Shown piece after piece: positions 38,701-52,825 of a stretch of 64,000 nucleotides of DNA. The stretch's first letter is position 1, and each line of letters begins with the position of its first letter. The translations under genes and the position numbers were made by a program. The notes below the pieces were generated by a model. It was given only the letters and a program-made list of their open reading frames with translations. It was not told where the DNA came from and did no database searches. The DNA is from Podarcis vaucheri (taxonomy: Eukaryota): the NCBI GenBank assembly GCA_965113315.1, contig OZ220365.1; one strand, given 5' to 3'.

Positions 38701-41700
38701 TTTTATAGGAAGTGATCCATAAATATAATGAAATACGGGGGTGGGACCCATGCACCCTCAGAAACATGGCTGCAGTTCAATTTCATTTTCCGAGATGTTA
38801 CACTAATATAGTGCAGGAATATTGGAGAGAATTCTAACCTGCCCCTTACTGAACCAGACAAGATGCAATTCCAATTTGAGTTACTGTAAGCTCTGTATGT
38901 TAAGAGATGCACATGCATGCTCACACAGCAGATGGAGTTCTACAAAGAACTAATTTAAATAGTGAAACATAGTTTGGTTGGCTGTGGTTGCTTAATGGTG
39001 CGAGGAAGGCACTATGCACTTGTGTAGACACTATCATTTCCTCTAATAGTAAGCTGAACTCGTGAGCACTGACAGGATTGTACCCAAACTGGGTTCCTGA
39101 GAACCAAGGAGGTGCTATCAACAAGATTTGCAGAAGTACAAAAAAAGAAAATAAAATCCTAGGGTGCAGGGGGGCCTACGATAGACACTTTGCCAATGTT
39201 AGTTATTTTTAATGTATAGTAACCATAACGATAGTAACCTCAAATCTTTTAAATGCAATCCATGGGGTGCAGTGTACTAAATGCATAGCATCCTTTCACA
39301 TTTTGCCTCCCCTCCGGAAAAAAGATATGGAAATATGGAGGAGATAATACAATTGATATCAGAAATAGGCAGCAAAACCAGACAGTAAAATTCCATCAAC
39401 ATCCATCATGCTATCTTGGTACATTATCATCTCCCACCCTCTATTAGCCTCTGCTGTGTCAGTGCAAGTCCTGGACACTTTATCCTGTTTATAATTGCTG
39501 ATGAGCGGTAATAAGGCCTCTATGCCTCAGCTCCTGTACGTTCCACTTCAGTGCCCGCCTATTAGGTGATAACTTTTATTTACAGCCTTGCTTGATGTGC
39601 TGTTCTATTAGTACAACGGAGCAGTGAGCAGGGTAAAAAAGTGTCATTAATGGGCGCTGTCACTGCCAGGACCTATGATGTAGAGTACACCTTTGTCGGT
39701 GTTCCATCATCACATGCCTTCCAGTGAGAAGGTCCAAAGAGAGCTGAATTTGTAACATGGTGCCCGCCACCAGTCAAATACTAAAGAGCTCCTTAAAGAG
39801 CACCTTAAAGGTCAAATGAAACAACAAAACTCTCTCAAAGTTGTTTTTATAATAAAAGGCCTCACTAACCTTTTTTATACTGTTAGCACAGACACTTTAC
39901 CACTGCAGAGCAATAGCATACCTAATTAATGGTGGAACCAGAGGGTTGTGGGGTTTTTGTTTTTTTTTGTCCTTGCTGCACATATTATGCATGATAAAAA
40001 TGTGAGCGTAAAAGAAGCTAAAAAAAAATAACAGCCAAAGCCAAGAAGCTAGTCGTTGGATTTGGTATATCCACTGCACTTACTTTCTAGCATTTCCAAG
40101 CAAATTGACACCTTTAAAAGCTTTAAAGGCTCAATCATAGCTGCTGCTCCCAATCTAGCAAAGCACAACCCTGTACTTAACAGATAAATATCTCTACAAA
40201 CTATGGCGGAATTATGTCCTGTTTGACTGGGACTACTTTTCTTGCAGGAAGAAGCTAGAAGGTATGTATTAAGCTTGAAGGTAGGCACAGACAAATCTGC
40301 CATTTTTTGTTTCTCTCAGTTTCTCATTTTCCCAGTTTTGAAGTTTAGTTTGCTTAGATTCGTAAACTGACACAGAAGTCTGCACAAAATAACCCTATCA
40401 TTTTAATTACAGTGTATTTCAATAAAGTTGTGAAACTGGTGTTTATATTCTCAAAACTGCTTAGAAGCCTGTTTTGGCATTAAGTGGTACATAATACATC
40501 TTGTTCTCATTTCTCACAATGTATGTATTTTTAAAGCAATTTTGCTTAATACATATATTTATGAAAGTAATGTTTTAATAAACTGTGTTTTGTACTAACA
40601 CACATATTTTTCTATAAAATTCTCTATAATAATATGCATTTTTGTCTCCATTTTTTGGTCCAAAAATGGCATTACAAAATTCAGAAAAGTACAAATTTCA
40701 AAGGGTAACAGTGTTTCAGTTTCTGTATTGGTCTGGGAAGTGCAAATTAGGTAAGTTTGTATTAAAATGCAAATAATGTTGCCCATGCCTATTTATAAAG
40801 GTCAAAATAAATGCTATCTGCAAACATGTGAATGCAGCCAGGGCCAAGGCCAAGGCCAAATTTACCGCATAAGTACTTACACAGAAAAGGGACGGGGCCC
40901 CAACACTTTTCCTATTCAATATATTCAACATAAACATTTTAATAGTGTGAAAGTATTATAGACACCAAACCTACCAGAGGTGAAAATTGAATAAAGCAGG
41001 AAATGCCGTTCCATTCCTTTGTGAATCTTATGTGGTTATTTCTTTTCAGAAAATACAAGGCCGGACTACTGGGATAGAGAAGATTGGCTTCACAGCTATT
41101 TTAGACGCAAAATATTTTAGCACTGAGAATGTTGGAGCTAACCATTAAGGGGCATTTTCATTTATCTCTACCTTAACATAAATGGCTTCGTATGATGCTA
41201 GTGAATGTAGCAGAATCACTATTAGCTGCTGCAATTTCAGAAATGGGGAAGTTTTCCTGCCTCCCCCTTTCCAAAATTATTCTGTTTCTTTAGTTTAGAT
41301 GCATTCATAGGCATATCCCTAAGCTAATGACATATCAGTTTTCATGCAGCTACACTGAGTGTCAAAATCAATGCCACTGCCCTTAATTTGACACCTATGC
41401 ACACATCAGAACCTATTTACTCAAAAAGGAGGTTACCATCGTGTTACACATTTGCATTCTCTTGAGACACTGTGGGCAATTAAGCACAGAGGCTTCATGG
41501 CCCAACGAGGCCCCAAGCTTAAGACACCAAGGGGCATCTACTGCTTGCTACCATGTATTGATGGTCAATGAAAGCCATTCTCTTTGTTCATGGAAGTAAG
41601 ACCACAGCAAAAAAGAACAAAAAAAAGGGGGGGAGAATTTGTTCAGTATCCAGCTTCTGCCCAGAGATGAAGTGGGCGCTGTGCTTGCTTCATCCAAAAT

Positions 41701-42700
41701 CTGTTTTGCTATTATTTTTCTTACTCTAAATAAGAATGATATCTTAGTAAACTTTATTTTTGTACAGAGCTAGTAATCTCTTCCCACCCTCAAACACTTG
41801 GAAACTAGGAATTCTGATGGAGTATAGGTAACTCAGCTGATTATCTTGCTGGGGTGGGTCTTAAATCTAGCAATGGAGATCCCAAGGTTTTTGATACCAA
41901 AGAATTTCAACATTTGTCCTGGGGATTCATATATACACATATATATGAGAGAAAAGTCACATACTGGTTTTGCAGTGGACAGGATCCTGATATCCTGCTG
42001 ATAAGAAAATCTTAAGACTACACTTGTGCTATTTCCAGATCATAAAGCATAGCTTAAGATGGCCAGTAAATAAGGTGGTGCACCCCAAGACACTTGTGTA
42101 GACTGTTCAATTCCAGAATGTTTCAGTGGGTATCTCCTATGGCTAGGATGCCAAATAACTGACTATTATTTCAAATATTGCCATTGCAAAGGTAGAAGCT
42201 ATAATTTTGCTTAATTTTGGTATCATTTGTTAGAAAGGTAGGAGGAGTGAGGACTACTTGCCCTTCAGCCTCGAATAAATTGAGTGACATGCATTGCAGC
42301 ATAGCAAAGCTTTTCTACTGCCCATCTCCTACAGCTGTGCTCATTGCCAAAAAAGGAACATTAGTAGTCAGCAGTGGTACCTGTCATGGCCTAGGACAGC
42401 TCAGGACTCTCTTGCTTGTTGCAGGAAGTAAGGAGTGTCCCTCCACGGTAGTATATTTTAGCATAAATGGTAACTTCTAATTTGATTTTTTAAAAGGTAT
42501 TGGGAACCTTAACAATTTGTTCAGCTGTCTTTTGAGGTTTGGTAATTCTTGATGTTTCGGTGAGTGTGGGTGATTGTGGTTATTTACACCTGCGTGGTGA
42601 ATGTGCAGCTCTTGGTTCCCAGTGTTATTTTTTAATATTGTTCTCTCCTTCAGCATACTATATAGCTTGATGTGATTTTTAAAAAGAAATTAAGATTTAC

Positions 42701-42766
42701 CTGAATCGCAGGATCTTTTGGTTGCTGTGGTTAAGGAGACATGAGCTGTATCTGTGCATGGCCCAC
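42701..42766 (-). CDS. ZFAND3: ZFAND3 coding exon 4 (66 nt; (C)GPCTDTAHVSLTTATKRSCDS)
   Basis: Matches ZFAND3 CGPCTDTAHVSL..TKRSC. Acceptor ttctctgttttcag|GT, donor CAG|gtaaat. In frame with both neighbours. Confidence 0.95.
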
Positions 42767-43700
42767 CTGAAAACAGAGAAATAAGTCAGTTCCAGAAAAT
42801 TACTTTTGCATTGCTATGTTGGTCATCCAGAACAGTATAATATCCAAAGGCATATAGGTAACTAATACAAACTTGCATAGACATGCTACAAATGCTGTGG
42901 AAGAGTCACAACAATAATACTGAAGATGGAACTCTCTGCTCCTACACCAAAAAAAGGACATCATGAAAATTCTGCAGTAGGATAATAAAGTGGAGAGGTG
43001 TGATAACAGTCATGGCCAACACTGTTGAACAAGGCAACATATGCTACAATAAATTCTATATAACTTTACATATATTATTTAAAACCAATATTAAATTAAA
43101 AAAAATGATGCCCTAACCATTTAGCAATTGGCCTAGTGACTGGCTTCTAAATTTCCTAGCAGACCTCAACATGTACCAGAGCAGAACTCTCCAGGGAGCT
43201 TGTTAAGCCAGCTGCCTAATAATTGTCTGATATATTGCAGTAAACACACATACCTGATCAGTTACGCTGAAATAAATTGACAGCAAATGTAACTGGCAAC
43301 ACTGCAGCTTTGATAACTGATTATAACCTTATAGCTTAAAATTAAGTCATTATGGTAAAAGGTGAGTCCCCAAGTACCAATAACTGAATGCAAAATAGTG
43401 TTATGAAAATATGCCTCTAGTTATGTCAATGGGCTTCTACTTGTACCATATTCAATATGCATGCACCCACAAATCAACACAGCTGGTTAAGAGGGTGATC
43501 TGTGAATCAGAAGCTGCAAGTTCAAATCTCACCTTGGCCATTAACTTGTTAGGTCACTATTTTCTTAACCCTCCATCTGCAATAAATGGGTAAAACTGCC
43601 TCCTCTTACAGATTTCTTAAACATCTTGAATAATCTAAATTGTGGAAATGCCTCTGTGTAAGTTGCCCTCACTGCCACTTCACACACACTATTTCCAATA

Positions 43701-43952
43701 CAGGCAGGTCCTGCTTTATGAATGCTTGCTGTGCAAAAATCCATTTATCCGAACACAAGGAACTAGTGCCCAAACTTTGCTGTACGCACCACAGATTCCA
43801 TGGTCAGGAACACATTAGAAATTTCTCCATAGGTATCAATGGAAATTGTCAATTTGTTATGCAAATGGGAATTGTTGACTCACTTTGCAAACACTTGCCT
43901 AACAAACTGTTTCCAGGGAACACACTTGTGTTTGTAAAATGGGACCTGCATG
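43701..43952. mobile_element. Tigger-like MITE
   Basis: TA-caggcaggtcc ... ggacctgcatg-TA. Confidence 0.7.
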
Positions 43953-44441
43953 TATAGATGTCTCAGTACGAACAAGTCATCATGAATACTTATTCCCTGT
44001 GGGAAATGCAACATGTATTGCAGCAGTTAGCGGGCACTGATGAGAGACTGGTTTTGTTGTCCTCCAAGGAATTCACCAACATTAGAAGACAATTTCTAGG
44101 GAGCTTTCCCATTGCACATTTCAAGCTGCTGCTTAAAAGGCAACCAGTGAAACAAAATGGAACCCTAGTGAGTCCTTACTGTAAGCAACATTGCAAGAGT
44201 TTACTCAAATTATAAAGCAATGAAAATGAGGTGCTTGCTAGGCTAACAATACCATGTACCTTCATTTTCAGAAATCCTGCTACTTATCTTCCTGAACTGC
44301 AGTACGGAATAATTTAACAGCCAAATATGAAATTGTTTACATAAGGTAACCATGAATACAATTTCTATACATTTAGACCTTTATCAAAATAGGATAAAGC
44401 TCAAGAAATACAGGTGGAAATATATATCAGCAGTCTGAAAG

Positions 44442-44580
44442 CGGAGATGGGGTACCTTTGGCCTTCCAGATGTTGCTGAACTACAACTCCCATCAGCCCC
44501 AGCAAGCACAACCAAAGATCAGGGATTATGGGAGTTGTAGTTCAGCAACATCTGGGGGGGGCAAAGGTTCCCCACACCTG
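44442..44580. mobile_element. hAT-type palindromic MITE
   Basis: Arms ccagatgttgctgaactacaactcccat / atgggagttgtagttcagcaacatctgg are perfect reverse complements. Confidence 0.8.
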
Positions 44581-44749
44581 TCCTAAATAATGTTTGTGAC
44601 CCTGAGGCATAGAAATCTCAAAACTGAATTCTTCCCACCTGTGTCAACTACTTGGTTATGGTTATAAGGAATCTGATCTTGGATTCATTATATGGGGGGT
44701 TGTTGTGTTATATTGTTGTGTTATTTATTTATGATATAAATAATAAATA

Positions 44750-44825
44750 ATTTTTTATTTATACCCCGCCCTTCCCAGTTCAGAAAACAGGGCTCAGGGC
44801 GGCTAACAGCAAATTTAAAACACTT
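44750..44825 (-). mobile_element. L2 3'-terminal fragment (family of 51487-52037)
   Basis: tttataccccgcccttccc...gggctcagggcggctaaca mirrors 51958-52008. Confidence 0.65.
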
Positions 44826-45884
44826 AATTGATGCGATAAAATGATAAATATCTTGCAAGTGCAGTTCAAATAAATTTTAGCCACCATATACTTCTGAATA
44901 GAAGAGTAAAATAATTACAGTGCAGGTAGGCTAGCCGTGAGAAAAAGTGCTTTTACTATGAAATATCAATAGAACGTAGGAGTATAATGTATTTTGTGTT
45001 CAGATTTTATCTAAATCTGATTGTATATTCTTTTGAAGAACAGATGAACATTATTTTTCTACAATTCAGGCACCACATAGCCTGAGTTGGAATTGTGATG
45101 AAGTAGTTCTATACTTCATCAGGTTTCAGAAGTGAAATTTGATAGAACTTATTCTAGACTTCATATAATGGAAGAAGTTCATCTTATTGTGGAAAAAACA
45201 ATAACCAGGAACCCACATTTATTGTAGGGTAAAACATTTAGTTGCAATCACTGTAGATTTAAACATCAAAGCATATCCAGGCCTTCGTCATTATCCTCTA
45301 ATGCAGAACTTCACCTATCGTTCTTTTGCACTCTTTTGCTGAGAACTGTAATAAAAAATGCTTTGTGTATTGTCCAATCATATATTTCATAAGAAACACT
45401 GACTGAAAAGCAACTAAGCAGCAGTATTTCCAGCAACTGCTCTTACCTCTAGCCACAAATCAGCAGTTTCTGTGAAATTTTTCAAAGGTAGATGAAGAAT
45501 AAAACATGCTTGCTTAAGCCCCTCACTGACAGAATGAAGTTGTTCTGTGATCAAGTATTCTCCTATCTATGTGTCAAACCTCATGAGATGTTGAACACAT
45601 AGTTTGCCACTGAGTACAAACTTTCCCCACACAAATTGCCATTGTAGGGGGATCTTTCCTGCCTGTTGTGGCTTTGATCTGGAACAAAAATGCTCCCAGG
45701 ACCCACCCACCCCAGTATACTACAGATGTGGAAACACTGATCTGTATCAGAACCACAGCAGGAGTCAAAGCATTAAATCTAATCTGAGTTTGAAATAGTC
45801 CACTGCCCCAGTTTAGAATGAAGCCAATTGATCTGTGCTAGGCACCTGCTCTTTGTCAGATTGCTACCACAGTAAGTACTATGC

Positions 45885-46020
45885 CAGGCATAGGCAAACT
45901 TGGCCCTCCAGATGTTTTGGGACTACAACTCCCATGATCCCTAGCTAGCAGGACCAGTGGTCAGGGATGATGGGAACTGTAGTCCCAAAACATCTGGAGG
46001 GCCAAGTTTGCCTATGCCTG
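45885..46020. mobile_element. Young hAT-type palindromic MITE
   Basis: ~58-bp arms, first 43 bp perfectly complementary. 8-bp TSD tactatgc / tactacgc. Confidence 0.92.
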
Positions 46021-48088
46021 TACTACGCATTCAATTGGTACCGGATTGGTCGTTTTCAACCTTTGTATCTACTAAAGCCTCCCAATGCTAGAGAGAAAAA
46101 CCTGTTCTGATATCTCACAACTGTACACAAGATGAGAAAGGCGAACTACTTAACAAAATTCATGCTTAAGTCAATCCTAGAAAAAGGCAGACAAATACTG
46201 GAAGAGAAGGGGAGAAACTGATAAAATATAGCACAGAGATACTTAAATGGCTTAACCAAACTACAGAAAAAGGTTTATGGCCTGATAGTCAAGCCTCTTC
46301 TACCAACGACAGGTACCTCCAACACACACACCTCACATTTTGAGAAGCATGGCACTAGATTCAACATGACATTAAGGCATGTTCTAACCTAAAGTGTTAG
46401 TTAAGGCTTCAACAATTACATTTGGATGTAGATACGAATGCACAATGTTAAGGCCCCATTTCCATATCACTCAGTGAGTTGTGGAAACTGTTTTAGAATC
46501 AGTCTAGGTTGATTTCCAGCTGAATAAATCATATGACTGCCAACCTTTATAAGGCTCGGCACAGGCAGAATTTTTGCATATTATAATGGCAACTGTATTT
46601 TGGAATGCTTGCAATTAAAAAAAGGAAGCCCATATCAACTAAGAAATCAGGTTGCTGAACAGACATCTAAAAGTTGAGATATCTTGCTATCATTCTTTTG
46701 GAAGCCTGCATAAATATTAACTAAAATGGGTAACTTTTTAAAGATTTATTGTACTTCCAATATTCTCTCTTAATTAACATGACATTTACATAACACCACA
46801 ATTAATTTTCAACTACAGGCGCTGTGGACTAATTAGAAATGCATCATCCCTTATTAAATACCTTGTCAATTTCACTCCCATCATAATCTCCTTGATGATT
46901 TTACCTTTGCAGGATTAGACATACTGACATACCAAATCTCACAAGATAAAGTTTGGGTATCTAAATTAGAAGTAAAGCATATGTACACACATTAGTAAGT
47001 TTCCATAATACAGTTTTTGCTATAACATCCCTCGGTATGCAGATGTGTGCAATACATTATTTCCCATGTCTGTAATAATACTAAAGCCACTATATGGAAT
47101 GCTTCACCAGAATTTTCTCAGCAGCCTGGAAGGGACCCTAGATTAACAAATCTATTTGACTACTTCCATCAAGTTTCAATACTTTCTTGAGAATATATAA
47201 TTCCTGCAATATTTACTAAATAACTTTGCAAAAGGGAGTGTCTGACTGGGTTAAGTTTACACAGTCAGAAAAGGGGGAAAATAGTATATTCATATGGGTA
47301 ACATCAAATGTTTGCCATACTCAAGAGTAAACCCACTGTAATCAATGGTCTTAAGCTGATTCAATGGGTCTTAATTAGATATCACTCATGGTCTTTGACA
47401 ATCGCTTTGACAATCTACTTTCTTCTGAAACATTAATGTGGGTGAGATTAAATAACCACCAAGAAACTGCCTGTAGATACTTTTGAGGCACTAAGAAAGG
47501 CTGCAGCTACTGTGATTTCCATCCTATTCATCTCCTGGTTCTTTCAACCACCCTCCTCTCTCTGTGACTTCTGGTTGTTACAGGATGCACAGTGAAGAAC
47601 AATACCTACATCTTCTTTTGTTCACTGAGGCCACATGAAAGAGGTCTACAAATTTGGGCTGGTCATGGTAGCATGCCAGTAACAACTGACCTTACCAATT
47701 CTGAGTCCTCTCATACATACAAAGGACTCTGGAGCTAAGAGCAGGACAGGCCAATATTGCTTTATGCTGTACTTTGGAGAAACTCTGAATTAATAAATAA
47801 AATATGAGTGCTCTAGGTGTCTCAAAACCATCAGCCAGTGAAGAAGTCAGTAAAGTAGCAATGACTACTAGAGCAGCTGTTCCAAGAACATAGAAGAAAC
47901 AGAAGCTCCATATAATCCTAGTCCCTACAGCTACTTAGCTCTTTGCACTGATAACAAGCAAGCAGACAATGAACAAGTGGCAGTTCTTCTGTATATTTTG
48001 GAGAGGAGAAGGAATGAAAGAAAGAGGAGGGGCAGATGATGGGAGGAAAGCTGGATAGGTGGACTGAATTTCTCCTATGGGAGATGCA

Positions 48089-48139
48089 CTGGGGAAACCC
48101 AGCCAGATGGGCGCGGTATAAATTGTTGTTGTTATGATG
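48089..48139 (+). mobile_element. Very short L2 3' end
   Basis: ctggggaaacccagccagatgggcg is identical to ~14608-14632, followed by a simple-repeat tail. Confidence 0.65.
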
Positions 48140-48918
48140 CACTGACACTTACAGAAGGCAGAACAGGAGAGCTAGAAGACAAGGTAATTGGTGAAATTAT
48201 CTGAGCCCCACATCCATTGTTGGCAGACAAAGAGCTGCCTTTCAGTTGCCCTATGGTTGTCCTGAAGGCTTCAGCTGTGGACTACAAGTTAGTTGCTTTA
48301 AGCTTCAGTAGGTGGGATGATGACAAACTACTCCTGAATTGTTAGCTGCTCACACTGATGGGATACTGGGACCAGGGCAGGTTTTCATTTATCTTGTGCA
48401 AGTTGTATTTTGTGCAAATTGCAGCTTCTGAACTTTCTGCTAAGGGAGCCCCCGACACAAAGCACATTACAGGTATTTAACTGGGATGTTATCAGAACAC
48501 GGATTACTGTGGCAAGGCTGTCATAGTCCATGAATGGCTGTAGCTGAAAATAGGCACTCTATGCTACCAATGCCACTTCAGCCTTCAGTGAGAATGCTGG
48601 ATCAAGAAGTACCCCCAAGCAACAAACCTCCTCATTCAAGAGGAGTGCAACTCCATTCAGAACAGACCGTCAACCCAATTCCTGGACACGAAAACAGTCA
48701 ATTCACAGCACCTCCATCTTGTTCAGCCTCACTGCCTCCAGTCATTGGTCCAGCGCCTGCACAGCCTCACTCGATTCAGATGTCAAGGAAAAAATATTTG
48801 CATGCATTGCATGTTTGTTATGACCAGTAGCATGCTTTCTTATTTTATGACATGCAGTACAAGCCAAAAGCTTTCTTTACGAACTACATAATCCTTCCTC
48901 TATACATGACAATACACG

Positions 48919-48921
<3 letters not shown>

Positions 48922-48952
<31 letters not shown>
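48922..48952. repeat. (CA)n microsatellite
   Basis: Directly visible. Confidence 0.95.
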
Positions 48953-48955
<3 letters not shown>

Positions 48956-51486
48956 CATATTATAAACAAAGATAGAACACAAAAACAATCTACACGCCTG
49001 GGCATTTTCTTGTCCCTTGATTATGCCTCCTCTTTTCCAGATATTAGTTTCCAGTTGGAATGGAGTAATATTCATTTCAACCTCATGGTAAGAAACTTCA
49101 CATCGTTATTATGAGAGGCAATTAGTCCAATCTTAATGATGTGAAAAGCCAGTATCCTTGGGCACTGTAGAAACTTTAGAATGATGGTCTTTTAGGGGAC
49201 TCTATCAACAATGAAGAACAAAAATTAAATTCAAATCAACATTAACTGCAGTTTAAAGAGCATTGCTGAATATTCCATAACTTTATAACTGCAAATGTAT
49301 GCACATATGTGCCCCCAGTGCCGTGCAGTATACTTTCCAAGCTATTCCTGGCTTTCAAATGCAAGCATAGTGCTTTGACAAGCAAGTATATGCTGGAAAT
49401 CTAGAAGGTAGATGTCAACTATGCCAATCCTCAACCCAGTTATTGCTAGTTAAATGAAGTGGCAGAATAAGCAGGGCTGGGAAGACTGAGCAGCAATCAT
49501 GGAAACAAGATGATAATAGTTGCCGTGCCCACAAGGACTTCCTGTTTCTAAGCACCCTTAAGAGATCTTCACTCTAGGAAATGTTATGTTGGAATATCTA
49601 AAATACAATATTCTAAAAACTGCTTTCCTAACAAGCTATGAATTACTTAAATGCTTTGGGCTGGAGGCTTTAGAGAGCAGAACCCAAAAGGTTTTTCATG
49701 AACTTAAGAGTAGCCAAGCTTAAAAAGAATCCCCATTGTGAGAGTTGGCAGCAACAAATCTTATAAGAACCTCTAGAAAGTATAAGCAACAGTGGTGTTT
49801 TGGGAAGCCTGCTTAAACCCTGAATCTAGCTGTGAATGTGTGTAATTGGAATAGACATCCCTAATTTATCTACATAATCAAGTTTGAAAAGAGCCATGAA
49901 TTAGAATCACAAACATATAAGAGATATAAACTAGAAGGAAGCTAAATCTTAAATGGAAGTCTTCAGAGACACATTGCTTTTCTTCTGCATGTATGGGTAA
50001 CATTCTGTCACGTGCAGAAACTACTTAGCTGTTCAAGCTTCAACCACTTCTAGAGAATCAACTTGTATTGTTAAAATTAGTTAAAGGGATGAAGATTTAA
50101 TCATTCAGATTTTTATGTACACATTTTTATGCAATCTCTCGCTGCCAAACCTTACAACCTTTCTTGTATTTCCCGAATACATTTGTCTCCTGTAGGGAAT
50201 ACATTAAAGCAGGGTACTGAGATGAAGGTATCTGTGTCAACACAATTCGTTTTGCATTACTATTCCCATTTGTAACATAAATACAATACTCCCTACTTAA
50301 AATAGGGTCCCTGATTAAAAAATGCTCTATGGTCAATGGAATGCAAAACCAATGTCTTGTAACAAATGCAAGGCTTATATGGGCCCTGATAATCACTTCA
50401 AATTTGTTTGCAGTTATGTCAAGGCCTACAGAGGAATACCTGGAACGGCTGTCAAGGATTTCAGACTATTTGGGGTCCTTTCAGAACATCAAAAAGCAAC
50501 TCAAAAAAGCTCCACTTTTCCACTCATTTCTCTGGAAGTACTATATGCTATATGACTGTGCCCCAAAGCAATCCTGATGTGCAATATCATTATTCTATAT
50601 ACCTTTATATTCCTTTAGGCTCCCTCTCATTTCTTTGGTTCTGATCGTGCAGAAGAAAGCCTGAGCATCGGAAAACATGTTTACAATAGGAATTTTTAAA
50701 GGGCTAATATTGTAAAGAACAATGAATATTCAATGGCTTAAAGCGAGGTATTTGACCATGTGCATTAAGACGGAAACCAAAATGATTAGGGAATACAGTT
50801 CTGCTGCCACACAAACACATGGATACATTCTGGGCAAGAGGAATATCCATAGTTAATTCCACTTGCAGAGACGAGAATACATCTAAGCCCAACTGCACAC
50901 TTCATTAACAAAGGACTTGTGAACATTTTACAGGAATATAATGTTAGACAGTTCCTCAAAACATTCTAAATCATGCTTAAGAATAGAAATTTGGAAGGTC
51001 TTGGGAAAAGTTAAGCACAAATTAAAATGACATCATGTCCTGTGTAGTGAAGTGCTATTGAAATATCAACCTGATCTAACTGCCAAAGTCAAATTTCCCA
51101 CACGGACATTTTTCATGTTATATTACAATTCAGATTTCACTTAAACCTGCACCATGTCAGCTTGAGGTGCAGTTGCACAGAGGGAAGGAAAACAATGTGA
51201 CAGCCCCAGAGAAGGTGATGAAGGGCTCAAACTAAATGAAATTGTTAAAGTATATGGCATGACCTTTAATAAAATACACACAGACTTCCCTAATAAGCGG
51301 GTTCTGGAGTGGTTAAAAGAAAAATGTGTTTTGGCTCCCTCTTTCCTATCCTCATGATCCACATTGTTAAAGAGAACCACTTACTACGATGCTCCCTTTG
51401 GGAAAGAAGGATAGGCCATTTAAAAAGAAAAATAAATTAATAAATACAAACACTAGGAGGCCCAAACAATAACCAACAGGCAATAG

Positions 51487-52037
51487 AGGGATCACATTCA
51501 TCCGGTGCTACACCAGCTGCACTGGCTCCCGGTGGAGTACAGGATCAGGTTTAAGGTGCTGGTTTTAACCTTCAAAGCCCTATACGGCCTAGGACCCTCG
51601 TATCTACGGGACCGCCTCTCCTGGTATGCCCCACAGAGGAACTTACGGTCTTCAAATAAAAACATCTTGAAGGTCCCAGGCCTCAGAGAGGTTAGGCTGG
51701 CCTCAACTAGAGCCAGGGCTTTTTCGGCTGCGGCTCCAACCTGGTGGAACGCTCTGTCACAAGAGACTAGGGCCCTGCAGGACTTGACATCTTTCCGCAG
51801 GGCCTGCAAGACAGAGCTGTTCCACCAGGCCTTTGGTCAGGGCACAGCCTGACTCCCTCCTTTGGCAATCTTTACAATACTTTAGTTTATGGTTGCCATC
51901 AATTTTGATTTTAATTAATTCTTATGATGTTTTTATAATGTTGCACTATTTTAGTGTTGTTAGCCACCCTGAGCCCAGCCTCGGCTGGGGAGGGCGGGAT
52001 ATAAATAAAATTTATTATTATTATTATTATTATTATA
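51487..52037 (+). mobile_element. 5'-truncated young L2-clade LINE (ORF2 C-terminus, 3'UTR, (TTA)n tail)
   Basis: Open frame RDHIHPVLHQLHWLPVEYRIRFKVLVLTFKALYGLGPSYLRDRL...RAFSAAAPTWWNAL...KTELFHQAF to the stop at 51850-51852. (TTA)n tail at ~52011-52037. Confidence 0.92.
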
Positions 52038-52063
52038 GAGCCTAAATGTATTCTTATGCTATT

Positions 52064-52260
52064 GAGCTAGTCATGCAGTGGTTTAAGTGTTGAACGAGGA
52101 CCTGGGAGATCTGGGTTCAAATCCCCATTCAGCCATGAAGCTCTCTGTGTGACCTTGGGCCAGTCACTGTCTCTCAGTCTGAACTATTTCACAGGGTTGT
52201 CCTGGGGATTAAATGAGGAGGGGGAGGGCCATATATACCACATTGAGCTCACTGGAGGGA
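52064..52260 (+). mobile_element. Older Squam3-like tRNA SINE
   Basis: B box gggttcaaatccc and core gtgaccttgggccagtcac, shared with 29121-29364. Confidence 0.75.
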
Positions 52261-52261
52261 T

Positions 52262-52825
52262 CCGGTCCTTCTTCATGGTGTGCACAGCTCAACTATGGAA
52301 ATCATTCCCACAGGAAACACTGATTGCCACCAACTTGAGTGGCTTTAAAACAGGATTAGACAAAGTCATGGAAGATAAAGCTGTCCATGGCTCTCAGCCA
52401 CAATAGCTATCCTCTGCCTCCATGGTTGGGGGCAGTATGCTTCTGAATACCAGTTCTAGAAACCGGGGGGCGGGGAGGCAAGTCCTGTTGTCCTCAGGTT
52501 AGGCCCGGCCCACCCATGAGGTAGGACGAAGCAGCCGCCTCAGGTGGCAGAAGCCCCTGAGGAGGGATGCTTGTGGTGTCCTGCTGCTCTCAGACCTTGC
52601 TGGAAATTGATGCCAATGCCAGTACCTCGTCTCTACTGGCAGTGGGGGCAGTGAAGCGGGCAGCACATCCAGTTTCACCTCAAGTGAAAAATGGGGTGCA
52701 CCATCCCCTGGCTCAGGTCCTACTTGGGGATTTTTCATGGGGGTCTGGTTGGCCACTGTGAGACCAGGATGCTAGTTCAGTTGGGCTTTTGGCCTGATCC
52801 AGTCAGCTTTCCCTATTCTCTTAAC
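52262..52825 (+). mobile_element. CR1 LINE 3' fragment, interrupted by a hAT element
   Basis: ORF2 end (LWKSFPQE...FKTGLDKVMED) and CR1 3'UTR (ctggttggccactgtgag...ggcctgatccag). Confidence 0.75.
52500..52710. mobile_element. hAT-like non-autonomous element nested in CR1
   Basis: taggcccggccc ... cccctg ends. TSD cctcaggt / gctcaggt. Confidence 0.65.
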
